Source: an uncultured Gemmatimonadales bacterium (GTDB taxonomy: Bacteria; Gemmatimonadota; Gemmatimonadetes; Gemmatimonadales; GWC2-71-9). Taken from it: a stretch of DNA of 64,000 nt. Where the stretch lies: contig CAWHFW010000006.1 of the NCBI GenBank assembly GCA_963828735.1, forward strand, positions 72,403 through 136,402, read 5' to 3'. Both the position numbers and the translations under genes were made by a program. The notes beneath the pieces are model-generated. The model had not been told where the DNA came from and made no database searches. It was given only the letters and a program-made list of their open reading frames with translations. This document shows, piece by piece, positions 19,778 to 29,496 of this stretch (position 1 is the first letter of the stretch; each line of letters begins with the position of its first letter).

Positions 19778-21076
19778 TCAGGCCCGTTCCCGCCCCTCGC
19801 CCGCGTCGCCCGCAAGGTCGCCCACCGCCCGCCGGATTGCCCGCTCCTGGGTCGGCTCGATGGTCCCCCCTACCCCACGGGTCTCCCACATCCGCCACGC
19901 CACGACGGAGGCCACGACGAGGCACACGAGTCCTCCGCTGGCGATCGCGGTGCGCACCCCGAAGTGTTCGGCGATCCAGCCCGCCTGAAGCGATCCCAGC
20001 GGCGCCAGCCCGAGGACAACGAACGAGTACAACCCCATCACCCGGCCGCGCAGGCGATCGGGCGCCTGGAGCTGAAGGGTCGTATTGGCGGCGATACCGT
20101 TGAGCGCCATCAGGCAGCCCGCGACGGTGAACAGCACGACTGCCCACCAGAAGTTCGGCGCGAGCGCCGCACCGGCGAGCACGAGGCCGAACAGCATCGA
20201 GGAGCCGAGGACCAACCTCCCCCGCCGAGTCCGCCCACCGAGGCCGGCCATGAAGAACGCGGCAGCCGCCGCGCCCACGCCGATCGCGGAGACCATGGCG
20301 CCGTACCCGCCGGCGTCGAGCCCGAGCGCGTCCCGCGCGAAGACCGGCATCATGGTCATGAAGGAAAAGCCGAACACCGCGAACGTCGCGATGATCGTGA
20401 CCACCGCGCGGGGCCACCGGGTGCCGAACACGTACCGGAACCCCTCGCGCATCGCCTCGAACGCGGGCTCGTGGGCGGCCAGCGGTCGCGGCTCGATGCG
20501 CATGAGGAGCAGGCTCGTGATCACGGCGAGGTAGCTCGCCGCGTTGGCGAAGAAGCAGGCCGCGAGCCCCACGGTGGCGATGAGCACCCCCGCGATGGCC
20601 GGCCCCACGACTCGGGCGACGTTGAAAGCGCTCGAGCCGAGCGCGATGGCGTTCATCAGATCCTCGCGGTCGACGATCTCCGCGATCAACGCCTGGCGCG
20701 TCGGGACCTCGAACGCCGAGAGGAAGCCGAAGAAGACGGCGAGCCCCATCACCCAGTGTACCGTCACTCGATCGAGCGCGATCAGGATGCCCAGGGTCAG
20801 GGCTTCCAGCAGCATGAGCGACTGGAAGATCAGTACCAGGCGGTGCTTGTTCACCCGGTCGGCGACCACGCCGCCATAGAGCGAGAACAGCAGGATCGGC
20901 AGCGTGCCGAGCGTCGTGACGAGGCCAACCTGGAACGGGGAGTTCGTCAGGTGCAGCACCAGCCAGCCCAACGCGACCGTCTGGATCCACGTGCCGCAGA
21001 GCGACACGAACTGCCCGACGATGAACAGCCGGAAGTTCCGGTGGCGAAATGCGGCGAAGAGCGCTGGAGCGGGCAC
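19778..21076 (-). CDS. MFS transporter (MFS_3/DUF894-like)
   Basis: FRHRNFRLF..GQ.VS..GTW.Q, GGVVADR, P..LRGRVMG; about 12 hydrophobic segments. Confidence 0.88.
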   Translation of the reverse strand: MPAPALFAAFRHRNFRLFIVGQFVSLCGTWIQTVALGWLVLHLTNSPFQVGLVTTLGTLPILLFSLYGGVVADRVNKHRLVLIFQSLMLLEALTLGILIALDRVTVHWVMGLAVFFGFLSAFEVPTRQALIAEIVDREDLMNAIALGSSAFNVARVVGPAIAGVLIATVGLAACFFANAASYLAVITSLLLMRIEPRPLAAHEPAFEAMREGFRYVFGTRWPRAVVTIIATFAVFGFSFMTMMPVFARDALGLDAGGYGAMVSAIGVGAAAAAFFMAGLGGRTRRGRLVLGSSMLFGLVLAGAALAPNFWWAVVLFTVAGCLMALNGIAANTTLQLQAPDRLRGRVMGLYSFVVLGLAPLGSLQAGWIAEHFGVRTAIASGGLVCLVVASVVAWRMWETRGVGGTIEPTQERAIRRAVGDLAGDAGEGRERA

Positions 21077-21169
21077 GGGGGGAAGGTAATCTGGCCTCGT
21101 CGGCCGGTCGCCCGCCCTCATCCCTTTCCCGGCTCCCCTGGGCGCGTTATCCATTCGACAGGAGACCTC

Positions 21170-22459
21170 ATGCGCTTCACCACCTACAGCAAGTACCACC
21201 CCGAGCTGGCCGACGCGGTCAACCTCCAGGGATTGCTCGACCAGCTGACGGACTTTCTCCTCCAGAGCGGGTTCGCCGGCGGCTCGCCCTCGTTCTGGCA
21301 CGACGAGATGCCGGACGGCGAGCGCTCCATGGACGCCCTGCGGCAGGCCATCCTGCAGGCGCTGATCGACTCGGGGCAGCTCACGCCCGACATGCTCAAG
21401 ACGCTTCGTGGCGAGTCGACCGGCGACGCGGCGCACGACAAGGCGCTCGAGGGCCAGCTCGGCGAGCTGCTGGACAAGATCGTCCAGCGCCTGATCGACG
21501 AGGGCTACCTGAACGTCACCCAGGCGCCGCAGGTGCCCCAGGGCTACCAGTCCATGTTCGGCCCCGGCGGCCAGGCCCGCTCGGCGGCGCAGCAGGTGCA
21601 ATTCAACCTGACCGAGAAGGGCATCGATTTCCTCGGCTACAAGACGCTCAAGAATTTGCTCGGGAGCGTCGGCAAGTCGAGCTTCGGCGCGCACGACACG
21701 CCCTATCTGGCGACGGGCGTCGAGGCCGAGGGCGTGAGCAAGCCATACGAGTTCGGCGACGTGCTCAACCTGGACGTCCCGGCCACGCTCACCAACGCGA
21801 TCGCGCGCGAAGGGCTGGGCGTCCCGCTCAACATCGAGTACGCCGACCTGATGGTGAGCCAGAGCGAGTACCGCTCGAGCTCGGCGACGGTCCTCATGCT
21901 CGACTGCTCGCACTCGATGATCCTCTATGGCGAGGACCGCTTCACGCCGGCCAAGAAGGTCGCGCTCGCGCTCACGCACCTCATCCGCACTCAGTTTCCC
22001 GGAGACAGCCTTCGAGTCGTGCTGTTCCACGACTCCGCGGAAGAGATCCCGCTGAGCGCCCTGGCGACCGCGCAGGTCGGACCGTACCACACGAACACGG
22101 CCGAAGGGCTCAAGCTGGCGCGCCGGCTGCTGCTCGCGCAGAAGAAGGACATGCGGCAGATCATCATGATCACCGACGGCAAGCCGTCGGCCCTCACGAT
22201 GGCGGATGGGCGGATCTACGTGAACTCGATGGGGCTCGATCCGCAGATCCTGCAGGCGACGTACCGCGAGGTGGCCAACTGCCGCCGCAGCGGCATCATG
22301 ATCAACACGTTCATGCTGGCGCGCGACCGGAGCCTGGTCGAGTTCGTGAAGCACGTGGCGTCGATCTGCAAGGGCAAGGCGTACTTCACGAACACGATGA
22401 CGCTGGGGCAGTTCATCCTGATGGACTTCATGAAGCGAAAGACGCGACGGGTCAGCTGA
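21170..22459 (+). CDS. VWA domain-containing protein
   Basis: DCSHS MIDAS motif, [22 protein letters not shown]. Confidence 0.85.
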   Translation: MRFTTYSKYHPELADAVNLQGLLDQLTDFLLQSGFAGGSPSFWHDEMPDGERSMDALRQAILQALIDSGQLTPDMLKTLRGESTGDAAHDKALEGQLGELLDKIVQRLIDEGYLNVTQAPQVPQGYQSMFGPGGQARSAAQQVQFNLTEKGIDFLGYKTLKNLLGSVGKSSFGAHDTPYLATGVEAEGVSKPYEFGDVLNLDVPATLTNAIAREGLGVPLNIEYADLMVSQSEYRSSSATVLMLDCSHSMILYGEDRFTPAKKVALALTHLIRTQFPGDSLRVVLFHDSAEEIPLSALATAQVGPYHTNTAEGLKLARRLLLAQKKDMRQIIMITDGKPSALTMADGRIYVNSMGLDPQILQATYREVANCRRSGIMINTFMLARDRSLVEFVKHVASICKGKAYFTNTMTLGQFILMDFMKRKTRRVS

Positions 22460-22492
22460 TCGGACGTCTGAGTCGCATAACAGGTCACAAAT

Positions 22493-22532
22493 GAGAGGCC
22501 GCTCCATCGGTGATATGGAGCGGCCTCTCTCT
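22493..22532. terminator. Terminator hairpin between convergent units
   Basis: 15-bp perfect stem GAGAGGCCGCTCCAT/ATGGAGCGGCCTCTC. Confidence 0.75.
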
Positions 22533-22715
22533 TGCTACATCGAGGCGTTAGCTTGCTACGACTTATAGCTCTCGGTCAGTTCATCGACCTAAAGGACTGG
22601 ACTGTCCGGTGCCAATCATCTCAAAGGAGGGCATCGAGGGACTAGGCGGCGAGACCTGCAGCGAGCAGGTCTGCACGACGGGATAGGGCGGTCACTTGCC
22701 CGCCCCCGTGCCAGC

Positions 22716-23567
22716 CTACCACGAACAGCCCATCCCCGTCGGACCCATCGGCATCCCCATAGCTTGCGCCTGCAGACCCATGAGCCGGTGCATGCGGTCA
22801 GCGTGGGCCTGCATCCTCGACCTCAGGCTGTCGTCCTGGAGTTTGGGCATCTCGGCCATGTCTCGCGTCACAGAGTCGCGGAGTGCCTTCCACTCGGGAC
22901 TCGGGGCGACGCCACGGGCGTGCATGTTGGCCGTCATCGCGCTCATCATCTGGGACGACATCTGGCTGTGCATTGCCCACATCCGTTGGCGTTGCTGAGC
23001 GGACCACGATCCGGCAGAGTCCACCGCCCAGCATCCGCCTGGCATGGTTGCCCATCCGCCACCGGGCATCATGCCCATGCCCAGCACCATCATGCGGCGC
23101 ATGCGCTCGATGTGCGCTTGCGAAAGGGCCGCGAGGTCCTTTCCTGAGAGGCCCGGCATCGTCGAGAGGTCATTCTGGATCGAGTCATGCAACGAGGTCC
23201 AGGGCGAACCTGGTGCCATCCAGGCGCCGTTAGTGATCCTCCCTGGACCCATCATCCCGTGGCCCATCATGCCGGTTGGTCCCATCATCTGCAGCATGCG
23301 CCCAGCCATCTGCTGATGGACCGCCATCATCTGCTGCATCTGTGCCGGTGACCACCGCGCCATCGAGTCCAGGTGCATCCACATCATGGGCATGAAGCTG
23401 ATGGCTTGGCTATCGACCGGCGGTCTCTGTGTGAGCGTGGCGCTGTCTTGACCCGCTGCAGTGGTTGGGGCTTGAGAAATTTCCTGAGGGGGGCTGCTGC
23501 CTCGCCGACACCCAGCGAACGGGGGCAGAAGCGCGAGGCACAGTATCATCGTCGCATGCGCTTTCAT
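22716..23567 (-). CDS. Met/His-rich lipoprotein with internal duplication, putative periplasmic metal-binding protein
   Basis: FAGC lipobox; about 43 Met in 283 aa; two homologous helical halves. Confidence 0.75.
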   Translation of the reverse strand: MKAHATMILCLALLPPFAGCRRGSSPPQEISQAPTTAAGQDSATLTQRPPVDSQAISFMPMMWMHLDSMARWSPAQMQQMMAVHQQMAGRMLQMMGPTGMMGHGMMGPGRITNGAWMAPGSPWTSLHDSIQNDLSTMPGLSGKDLAALSQAHIERMRRMMVLGMGMMPGGGWATMPGGCWAVDSAGSWSAQQRQRMWAMHSQMSSQMMSAMTANMHARGVAPSPEWKALRDSVTRDMAEMPKLQDDSLRSRMQAHADRMHRLMGLQAQAMGMPMGPTGMGCSW

Positions 23568-23674
23568 CGTGATCTCCAGGCCGTTGGCACCGCGATGTTC
23601 GCGGTCGGTCCGTTGGTGGTTTCGGTGGTCAGGACGGCGCTGGAACCGGCGCTGCGGCCCAGCGGCACACTGGA

Positions 23675-24022
23675 CTAGGGAACGGGAGGTCTTGGGTCCG
23701 GCGCAGTCGCAAGGATTTGGGGCAGTTCAATGCTCCGCCGGGGCAAGACAGTGGTCGGTAGCGGGGACCACGTGAACACGGTCCGGCCGAGCGGCAACAC
23801 CAGGCCGCTATGGCACCCACAGCGATCCACAGCGCGGGCTGGATGCCGCGTGAGGGTCTGTGTGGTGACAACGGCGGGGACGGTCCGAGGGGCAGTCGAC
23901 AGCTGTCTTGGAGACCGGCCGGTGTGAAGCACGGCGGCGTCTACGGCGTCAGCGTTCAGACACCACGTCACGAGGAACAGGGTCAACCACCGAAGTGGCG
24001 CAGCAGCAGCCCAAGAGCGCAT
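23675..24022 (-). CDS. Small exported protein with CxCH and C-terminal PRPP (DUF2946/CruR/CutF-like leader candidate)
   Basis: Hydrophobic N-terminus, RCGCH, ends APDPRPPVP; directly upstream of the Met-rich gene. Confidence 0.55.
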   Translation of the reverse strand: MRSWAAAAPLRWLTLFLVTWCLNADAVDAAVLHTGRSPRQLSTAPRTVPAVVTTQTLTRHPARAVDRCGCHSGLVLPLGRTVFTWSPLPTTVLPRRSIELPQILATAPDPRPPVP

Positions 24023-24198
24023 GTTCCAAATGTATGGGTGCGGGCCACCAAGGCGTCATGAGCAAGTCGTGAAGGTTTATTCATGACTGCCCCTTGAGTG
24101 AGTCAAGCAGGTCGTCTCTAAGTTCGTTTGGACTTGTAAGCTGGTGTAGCTGTCCAGCGCACGGTTCTCGGGGCCGGCCTGACTCTGGACATCTGCTC

Positions 24199-24226
24199 TT
24201 GACTGATCAACCGTTCTTGATATATT
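24199..24226 (+). promoter_or_regulatory. ars promoter with overlapping ArsR operator
   Basis: TTGACT-16 nt-TATATT; ATCAA-N6-TTGAT inverted repeat at 24206-24221. Confidence 0.7.
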
Positions 24227-24233
24227 AGAACTC

Positions 24234-24557
24234 ATGGCCACCCGCACCCACACCGACCTCCCGCGCGCTGCTGAGTTGTTCCACGCCCTGTCTGACCAAA
24301 CACGGCTGTCGATCCTCCAGCGCCTGCGCCTGGGTGAACGGTGCGTCTGCGACCTCACGGACGCGCTCGACGCCGCCCAGTCGCGGCTGTCGTTTCACCT
24401 GAAGGTGCTGAAGGAGGCCGGTCTGGTGACCGACCGTCGGGAAGGTCGCTGGATGTACTACACTCTCAACACCGATGCCCTGGCTGAAGTGACCGAGCTG
24501 GTCGAGGCCATGGCCTCCGCTCCGACTGCAGCGGAGCGCCGGACCGGCTGCTGTTGA
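24234..24557 (+). CDS. arsR: ArsR-family transcriptional repressor
   Basis: ERCVCDL, SFHLKVLKEAGLV, C-terminal GCC. Confidence 0.93.
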   Translation: MATRTHTDLPRAAELFHALSDQTRLSILQRLRLGERCVCDLTDALDAAQSRLSFHLKVLKEAGLVTDRREGRWMYYTLNTDALAEVTELVEAMASAPTAAERRTGCC

Positions 24558-24580
24558 GTAACCCTTTTTTTGACAAACAC

Positions 24581-24596
24581 ATCAACCTTTTTTGAT
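24581..24596. promoter_or_regulatory. Second ArsR-type operator before arsM
   Basis: ATCAA-CCTTTT-TTGAT, same half-sites and spacing as 24206-24221. Confidence 0.6.
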
Positions 24597-24605
24597 GAGG
24601 GCCAA

Positions 24606-25493
24606 ATGAGTACCAAGGACATCAAGAGCACGGTGCGAGAGCGCTACGGCCAGGCAGCGCTGCGAGTGGCCACCGGGTCGAAGACGAGTTGCTGCGGCGG
24701 CGGGTCGTGTAGTACCTCGACGCAGGACCCGATTACCTCCAATCTCTATACGGATGCCGAGACGGCCACGTTGCCTGCCGAGGCAGTGTTGGCTTCGCTG
24801 GGCTGCGGTAACCCGACTGCCTTGGCCGAGCTGCACGAGGGCGAAGTGGTGCTCGACCTGGGTTCTGGCGGTGGTATCGACGTGCTGCTGTCGGCCCGCC
24901 GCGTCGGGCCGACCGGCAAGGCGTACGGCCTCGACATGACCGACGAGATGCTGGCCCTCGCCCGCGAGAATCAGCGGAAGGCAGGCGTCGAAAACGTCGA
25001 GTTCCTCAAGGGCGATATCGAGGCCATCCCGCTGCCCGATGCCTCGGTGGACGTAATCATCTCCAACTGCGTCATCAACCTCTCCGGCGACAAGCGGAAG
25101 GTGATCGCCGAGGCATTCCGTGTGCTCAAGCCGGGCGGCCGGTTCGCGGTGTCGGACGTCGTGATCCGGGGCGAGGTTCCGGCCCAGGTCCGCTCGAGTA
25201 TGGAGCTGTGGGTCGGGTGCGTGGCCGGAGCGTTGACCGAGCAGGACTTCCATTCGCTGCTGTGGGAATCCGGGTTCGAGACGATCGATATCGAGCCCAC
25301 CCGCGTCTACGAGTTCGAGGACGCCAAGGCATTCCTTGTCGGTGCTGGCTTGGACACGGAGGTGCTCGCCCACGAGGTCGGAGGCCGAGTCATGGGCGCG
25401 TTCGTCCGCGCGACCAAGCCGGTGGCCGACCCCGCGCTGGCGGAAGGCGCTCTGCCCTCACGGTCGTGCTGCGGCCCCGAGTGCTGCGCATAA
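24606..25493 (+). CDS. arsM: Arsenite S-adenosylmethionine methyltransferase
   Basis: [32 protein letters not shown]- and C-terminal CC. Confidence 0.93.
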   Translation: MSTKDIKSTVRERYGQAALRVATGSKTSCCGGGSCSTSTQDPITSNLYTDAETATLPAEAVLASLGCGNPTALAELHEGEVVLDLGSGGGIDVLLSARRVGPTGKAYGLDMTDEMLALARENQRKAGVENVEFLKGDIEAIPLPDASVDVIISNCVINLSGDKRKVIAEAFRVLKPGGRFAVSDVVIRGEVPAQVRSSMELWVGCVAGALTEQDFHSLLWESGFETIDIEPTRVYEFEDAKAFLVGAGLDTEVLAHEVGGRVMGAFVRATKPVADPALAEGALPSRSCCGPECCA

Positions 25494-25518
25494 CATCGGT
25501 CGAGACCCCGGAGGCATC

Positions 25519-26001
25519 ATGACGGACACGCATGCGGAAGCCATCTCGACCCCGGATCACCGGTGCGTGACGCTGAGACGGGCCGGAGCGGCCGACTACG
25601 AGGCGGTCGCGGTGCTGCTCCGCACCCTCAAGCTGCCCACCGACGGTGTTGCCGACTGGGTCGACCAGTTCTGGCTCGGGGAGCATGCGGGCGCGGTCGT
25701 TGGGGTGGCCGGGATGGAGCGCTACGGGGGCGCCGGGTTGCTCCGCTCGGTGGCCGTGGCTCCCGACTGGCAGGGTAGCGGCATCGGCCGGGCGCTAGTG
25801 GATCGGGTGCTCGAAGACGGTCGCGCCGCCGGTGTGCAGGACGTCTATCTGCTCACGACCACGGCCGAGCACTACTTCCCACGCCTCGGGTTCGCGTGCG
25901 TGGACCGCGAGTCCGTCCCGCCGTCCGTGCGGGCGTCAGCGGAGTTCACGGGAGCCTGTCCGGCGTCTGCGGTGGTCATGCGGAAGGCCGGAACCAACTA
26001 G
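25519..26001 (+). CDS. arsN2: Arsenic resistance GNAT N-acetyltransferase (ArsN2-like)
   Basis: LLRSVAV...QGSGIG, YLLTTTAE.YF, EF...CPASAVVM. Confidence 0.8.
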   Translation: MTDTHAEAISTPDHRCVTLRRAGAADYEAVAVLLRTLKLPTDGVADWVDQFWLGEHAGAVVGVAGMERYGGAGLLRSVAVAPDWQGSGIGRALVDRVLEDGRAAGVQDVYLLTTTAEHYFPRLGFACVDRESVPPSVRASAEFTGACPASAVVMRKAGTN

Positions 26002-26024
26002 CGATATCAGGTCAGGAGGCCAAC

Positions 26025-26550
26025 GTGCAGGCGAACGACAAGGCGTACCGGGTCCTGTTCCTGTGCACCGGCAACTCGGCACGGAGCCAAATGGCCGAGG
26101 CGTGTCCTGAACCGGAAGGGGCAAGGCCGGTTTCGGGCGGAGAGCGCGGGCTCGACCCCAGCGGCTCGGGTGAACCCGCATGCGATTCAGACGCTGGCCG
26201 AGAGCGGCATCGAGTGGGTGGGCCACCCACCGCGTGGATTGACCGGCCTGGATCGCGAGCGGTGGGACTTCGTCATCACCGTCTGCGACCGGGCCAGGGA
26301 AGCGTGTCCCGTGTTCCCGGGGCAACCGATCCTGGCGCATTGGGGCATGCCCGACCCCGCAGCCGTCGAAGGGGAGGAGGCCGCGCGGCGGGCGGCATTC
26401 GTCGATGCCCTGACGCTGATCAGCCGCCGCGTCGACCTGCTGCTCGCGCTACCGGTCGAGAAGCTGGACAGGCTCATCGTCGAGGCCCAGGTCCAGGCCA
26501 TCGGTGAGGTGGGGACGGCGACTACCGTCGATGGGGATTCCCGGACGTGA
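26025..26550 (+). CDS. arsC: Arsenate reductase (LMW-PTP fold), +1 frameshift near 26103
   Basis: VLFLCTGNSARSQMAE, then VITVCD..REACPVFPG and HWGMPDP in the next frame. Confidence 0.88.
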
Positions 26551-27321
26551 GGTACGCGCTCATATCCGACATTCACGCCAATTTGCCCGCGCTCAAGGCG
26601 GTCCACGCGGACACTCTGCGGCGGAACATCGGGACGGTGTACCATCTCGGTGACCTCGTGGGCTACGCGCCGTGGCCCGACGAGACGGTGGCCATGATTG
26701 CCGCGCTGGGAATCCCTGGGGTGGCGGGCAACTACGACTCGACCGTCGCCACGGACTACAAGCATTGCGGCTGCCGCTACGAAGACCCGCACCAGGAGGA
26801 GCTGTCGCACCTCAGCTACGACTGGACCCGTCGGCACGTGTCGGCCAAGACCAAGGCGTACCTGGGCGGTCTCCCCTTCCGCATCGACCTGCTCCCCAAC
26901 GGCGGCCACTTGGCGGGACCACGGGTCGTGCTGGTTCATGGCACGCCGACGCTCAACACGGTCTACTGGACCGAGGAGCGGCCCGATGAGTTCTGCCTCA
27001 AGATGGCGAACCATGCCGGAATGAAACCGGGAGATGTGATCGCCTTCGGCCACACCCACAAGCCCTGGCATCGGGAGGTGGGCGGCGATGCACTTCGTGA
27101 ATACCGGGAGTGTGGGGCGGCCCAAGGACGGCGACTGGCGCGCCGGGTACGTCGTTCTGGATGTCGGTCAGGGACCACCGGCCATCGAGTTCGTCCGGGT
27201 TGAGTACGACCTGGACGAGGCCATGAGGGCCATGCGAGCTAGCGAGCTTCCCGACGAGTTCGCGGAGTACCTACGCACCGGGGGCCAGCCGACGGCCACC
27301 GTTTCACCCGAGTCGACGTGA
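26547..27321 (+). CDS. Metallophosphoesterase (YfcE-like), +1 frameshift near 27085
   Basis: SDIHAN, LGDLVGY, GNYD, HG, GHTH, NTGSVG. Confidence 0.85.
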
Positions 27322-28055
27322 TGCATCCGACAGCCACGCGGCGACTGGCGGCGGAGGCAATCGGTACGTTCTTCCTGGTGCTCATCGGACCGGGCGCGGT
27401 CATGGTGGATGCCTACAGCGGCGGGGCCATTGGCCACGTCGGCGTGGCTCTCGCCTTCGCATTCGTGGTGACCGCCATGGTCTACGCTATAGGCCACCTC
27501 TCGGGTGCGCACATCAACCCTGCGGTCACGCTTGGCTTCTGGTCTGTCCGACGGTTCCCGGCGGGTGAGGTGATCCCGTATGTCATGGCCCAGTGCGCCG
27601 GGGCGGTCGCGGCCTCGACCGTCCTTCGGGGCGCGCTGGGCTCAGTGGGGTCCATGGGTGCCACCCTGCCCCAGGTTCCGACCAGCGCGGCCTTCCTGAT
27701 CGAATGGCTGCTGTCGTTCGGCCTGATGTTCGTGATCATGGCGGTGGCGACCGACGAGCGGGTGGCCGACGGCTTCGCTCCGCTGGCCGTTGGCGTCACG
27801 GTGGGGTTCTGCGCGATGATGGGCGGTCCGCTGACCGGCGCCAGCATGAACCCAGCGCGTTCGTTCGGCCCGGCCCTAGTGGGCGGGCTCTGGACCACGC
27901 ATTGGTTGTACTGGTTGGCTCCGATCACCGGAATGGTGGGGGCCGCCCGATTGTATGACCTACTGCGCGCCACGGCACCCCCAAGCATGACGCGTCAGGC
28001 AACAATCGGCGGCATCCAAGGCCCCATCGCCGAGGTGAAGCAGCCGACTGAGTAA
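27318..28055 (+). CDS. MIP family aquaporin/aquaglyceroporin
   Basis: SGAHINPAVT and GASMNPARS NPA boxes. Confidence 0.92.
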   Translation: MMHPTATRRLAAEAIGTFFLVLIGPGAVMVDAYSGGAIGHVGVALAFAFVVTAMVYAIGHLSGAHINPAVTLGFWSVRRFPAGEVIPYVMAQCAGAVAASTVLRGALGSVGSMGATLPQVPTSAAFLIEWLLSFGLMFVIMAVATDERVADGFAPLAVGVTVGFCAMMGGPLTGASMNPARSFGPALVGGLWTTHWLYWLAPITGMVGAARLYDLLRATAPPSMTRQATIGGIQGPIAEVKQPTE

Positions 28056-28234
28056 AGGCCTCCCGAGCCATCGCCCTATGGGCCCACGCCGCCGGGGTTA
28101 TCTTCCCTCAGCGGCACCCCCGCCCTCCCTTGATCATGTCATTGCGCCGCAACGGCTTCCACACCGCGGGAGACCTCGATGAATCGTGGGACATCATTCC
28201 CCTTCGCCTGATGCGGCGCCCCACCTAGTCCCTG

Positions 28235-28642
28235 GTGCGCGCCACTTCTTTCCTCGCGCTCTTCGCGGGCCTCGGCGCCGCAGGCCTTCCGGCCTGCGGG
28301 CATCCCTCCGCCGGCGCCGCAGCGAGCCCGCTGGAAGGACGCGTGATCCGGGCGAGCCAGGCGCCGATCGTCGGTCTGACCGACGTCTTCACCGAGGACA
28401 CGTTGCTCGGCAAGCCCGTGCGGGTGCTGGGGTGGTGTGCGGGGGCTCCCGGGATCCTGGTGGGCCGTCGGCTTGGAGCATGGTTCCTGGCGACACCCGA
28501 CACGATGGTCGAGGTTCGCGGCCTGGTGCCACCCGAGTGCAAGGCCGCGGAGGTGCAGCAGACGCTGCTGCTCCTGTTCGCCCAGGTGGTTGTGGCCACG
28601 CCGGACAGCACCGAGCGGCTGTTGCTCAGGCTGCCGGACTGA
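28235..28642 (+). CDS. Hypothetical lipoprotein
   Basis: Hydrophobic N-terminus with LPAC; fills intergenic gap. Confidence 0.5.
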   Translation: MRATSFLALFAGLGAAGLPACGHPSAGAAASPLEGRVIRASQAPIVGLTDVFTEDTLLGKPVRVLGWCAGAPGILVGRRLGAWFLATPDTMVEVRGLVPPECKAAEVQQTLLLLFAQVVVATPDSTERLLLRLPD

Positions 28643-28673
28643 GCTGACGAAGGGCGATTGCCGATGAGTATGG

Positions 28674-29423
28674 TTGTCTGAGGCCCGCACCATGAGCCAT
28701 CCTTCCGTCCAGATGAGCGGCCCGTATCACTCCCACCCCTCGCTCGCCCGAGCCATCAGCACCTGCGAGCGCTGCCCGCGGCTCCGCGCCCACTGCCGCG
28801 AGATCGCGCGCGTGAAGAAGCGGGAGTTCGCGAACGAGGAGTACTGGGCGCGGCCGGTGCCCGGCCTCGGCGATCCGAAGGCGCGCCTCCTCATCATCGG
28901 CCTCGCGCCGGCCGCGCACGGGGCCAACCGCACCGGCCAGCTCTTCACCGGCGACTCGAGCGGCAGCTGGCTCTATGAGGCCCTGCACCGCTTCGGCTGG
29001 GCGAACCAGCCCAACTCGCTCCGCCGCGACGACGGGCTGGTGCTCACCGACTGCTGGATCACCGCCGCGGCGCATTGCGCCCCGCCCGACAACAAGCCGA
29101 CGCGCGAGGAGCTCGACCGCTGTCGCCCATACCTCGAGGCGGAGCTCCACCTTCTGAAAGACGTCCGGGTCGTGCTCGCCCTCGGGCGCATCGGCTGGGA
29201 GACGTGGCTGCGCGCGGCCGGCTGGTGGGATCGATTGCCCGTGAGGGACCGGCCGCCGTTCGGGCACGACCGTGAGGCCACGCTACCGGACGGCACGGTG
29301 CTGGTCACGTCCTTCCACCCCAGCCGCCAGAACACGAATACGGGAAAGTTGACCCGGCAGATGTGGTACGCGGTGTTCGAGCGGATCAGGCGGAGAGCGG
29401 GAGCAGCAGGCAGCGATCACTGA
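28674..29423 (+). CDS. Uracil-DNA glycosylase family 5 (UdgB-like, 4Fe-4S); start uncertain
   Basis: CERCPRL, GLAPAAHGANRTG, CAPPDNKP, HPSRQN. Confidence 0.88.
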   Translation: MSEARTMSHPSVQMSGPYHSHPSLARAISTCERCPRLRAHCREIARVKKREFANEEYWARPVPGLGDPKARLLIIGLAPAAHGANRTGQLFTGDSSGSWLYEALHRFGWANQPNSLRRDDGLVLTDCWITAAAHCAPPDNKPTREELDRCRPYLEAELHLLKDVRVVLALGRIGWETWLRAAGWWDRLPVRDRPPFGHDREATLPDGTVLVTSFHPSRQNTNTGKLTRQMWYAVFERIRRRAGAAGSDH

Positions 29424-29442
29424 CTCGGCGGTGACTTCACGC

Positions 29443-29476
29443 GCGCGGGGGCGAGCCGCCGAGCTCGCCCCCGCGC
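29443..29476. terminator. Hairpin between convergent genes
   Basis: 14-bp stem GCGCGGGGGCGAGC/GCTCGCCCCCGCGC. Confidence 0.6.
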
Positions 29477-29496
29477 CGAGGTTCCCTTCCCGATCT

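Noticed and set aside
19166..22507. 1097-aa and 909-aa overlapping ORFs
   Set aside because: Real VWA and MFS genes extended by stop-free antisense frames
22531..22570. CTTGCTAC direct repeat as an island attachment site
   Set aside because: Only 8 bp; no integrase, tRNA or matching copy seen at the other end of the metal block
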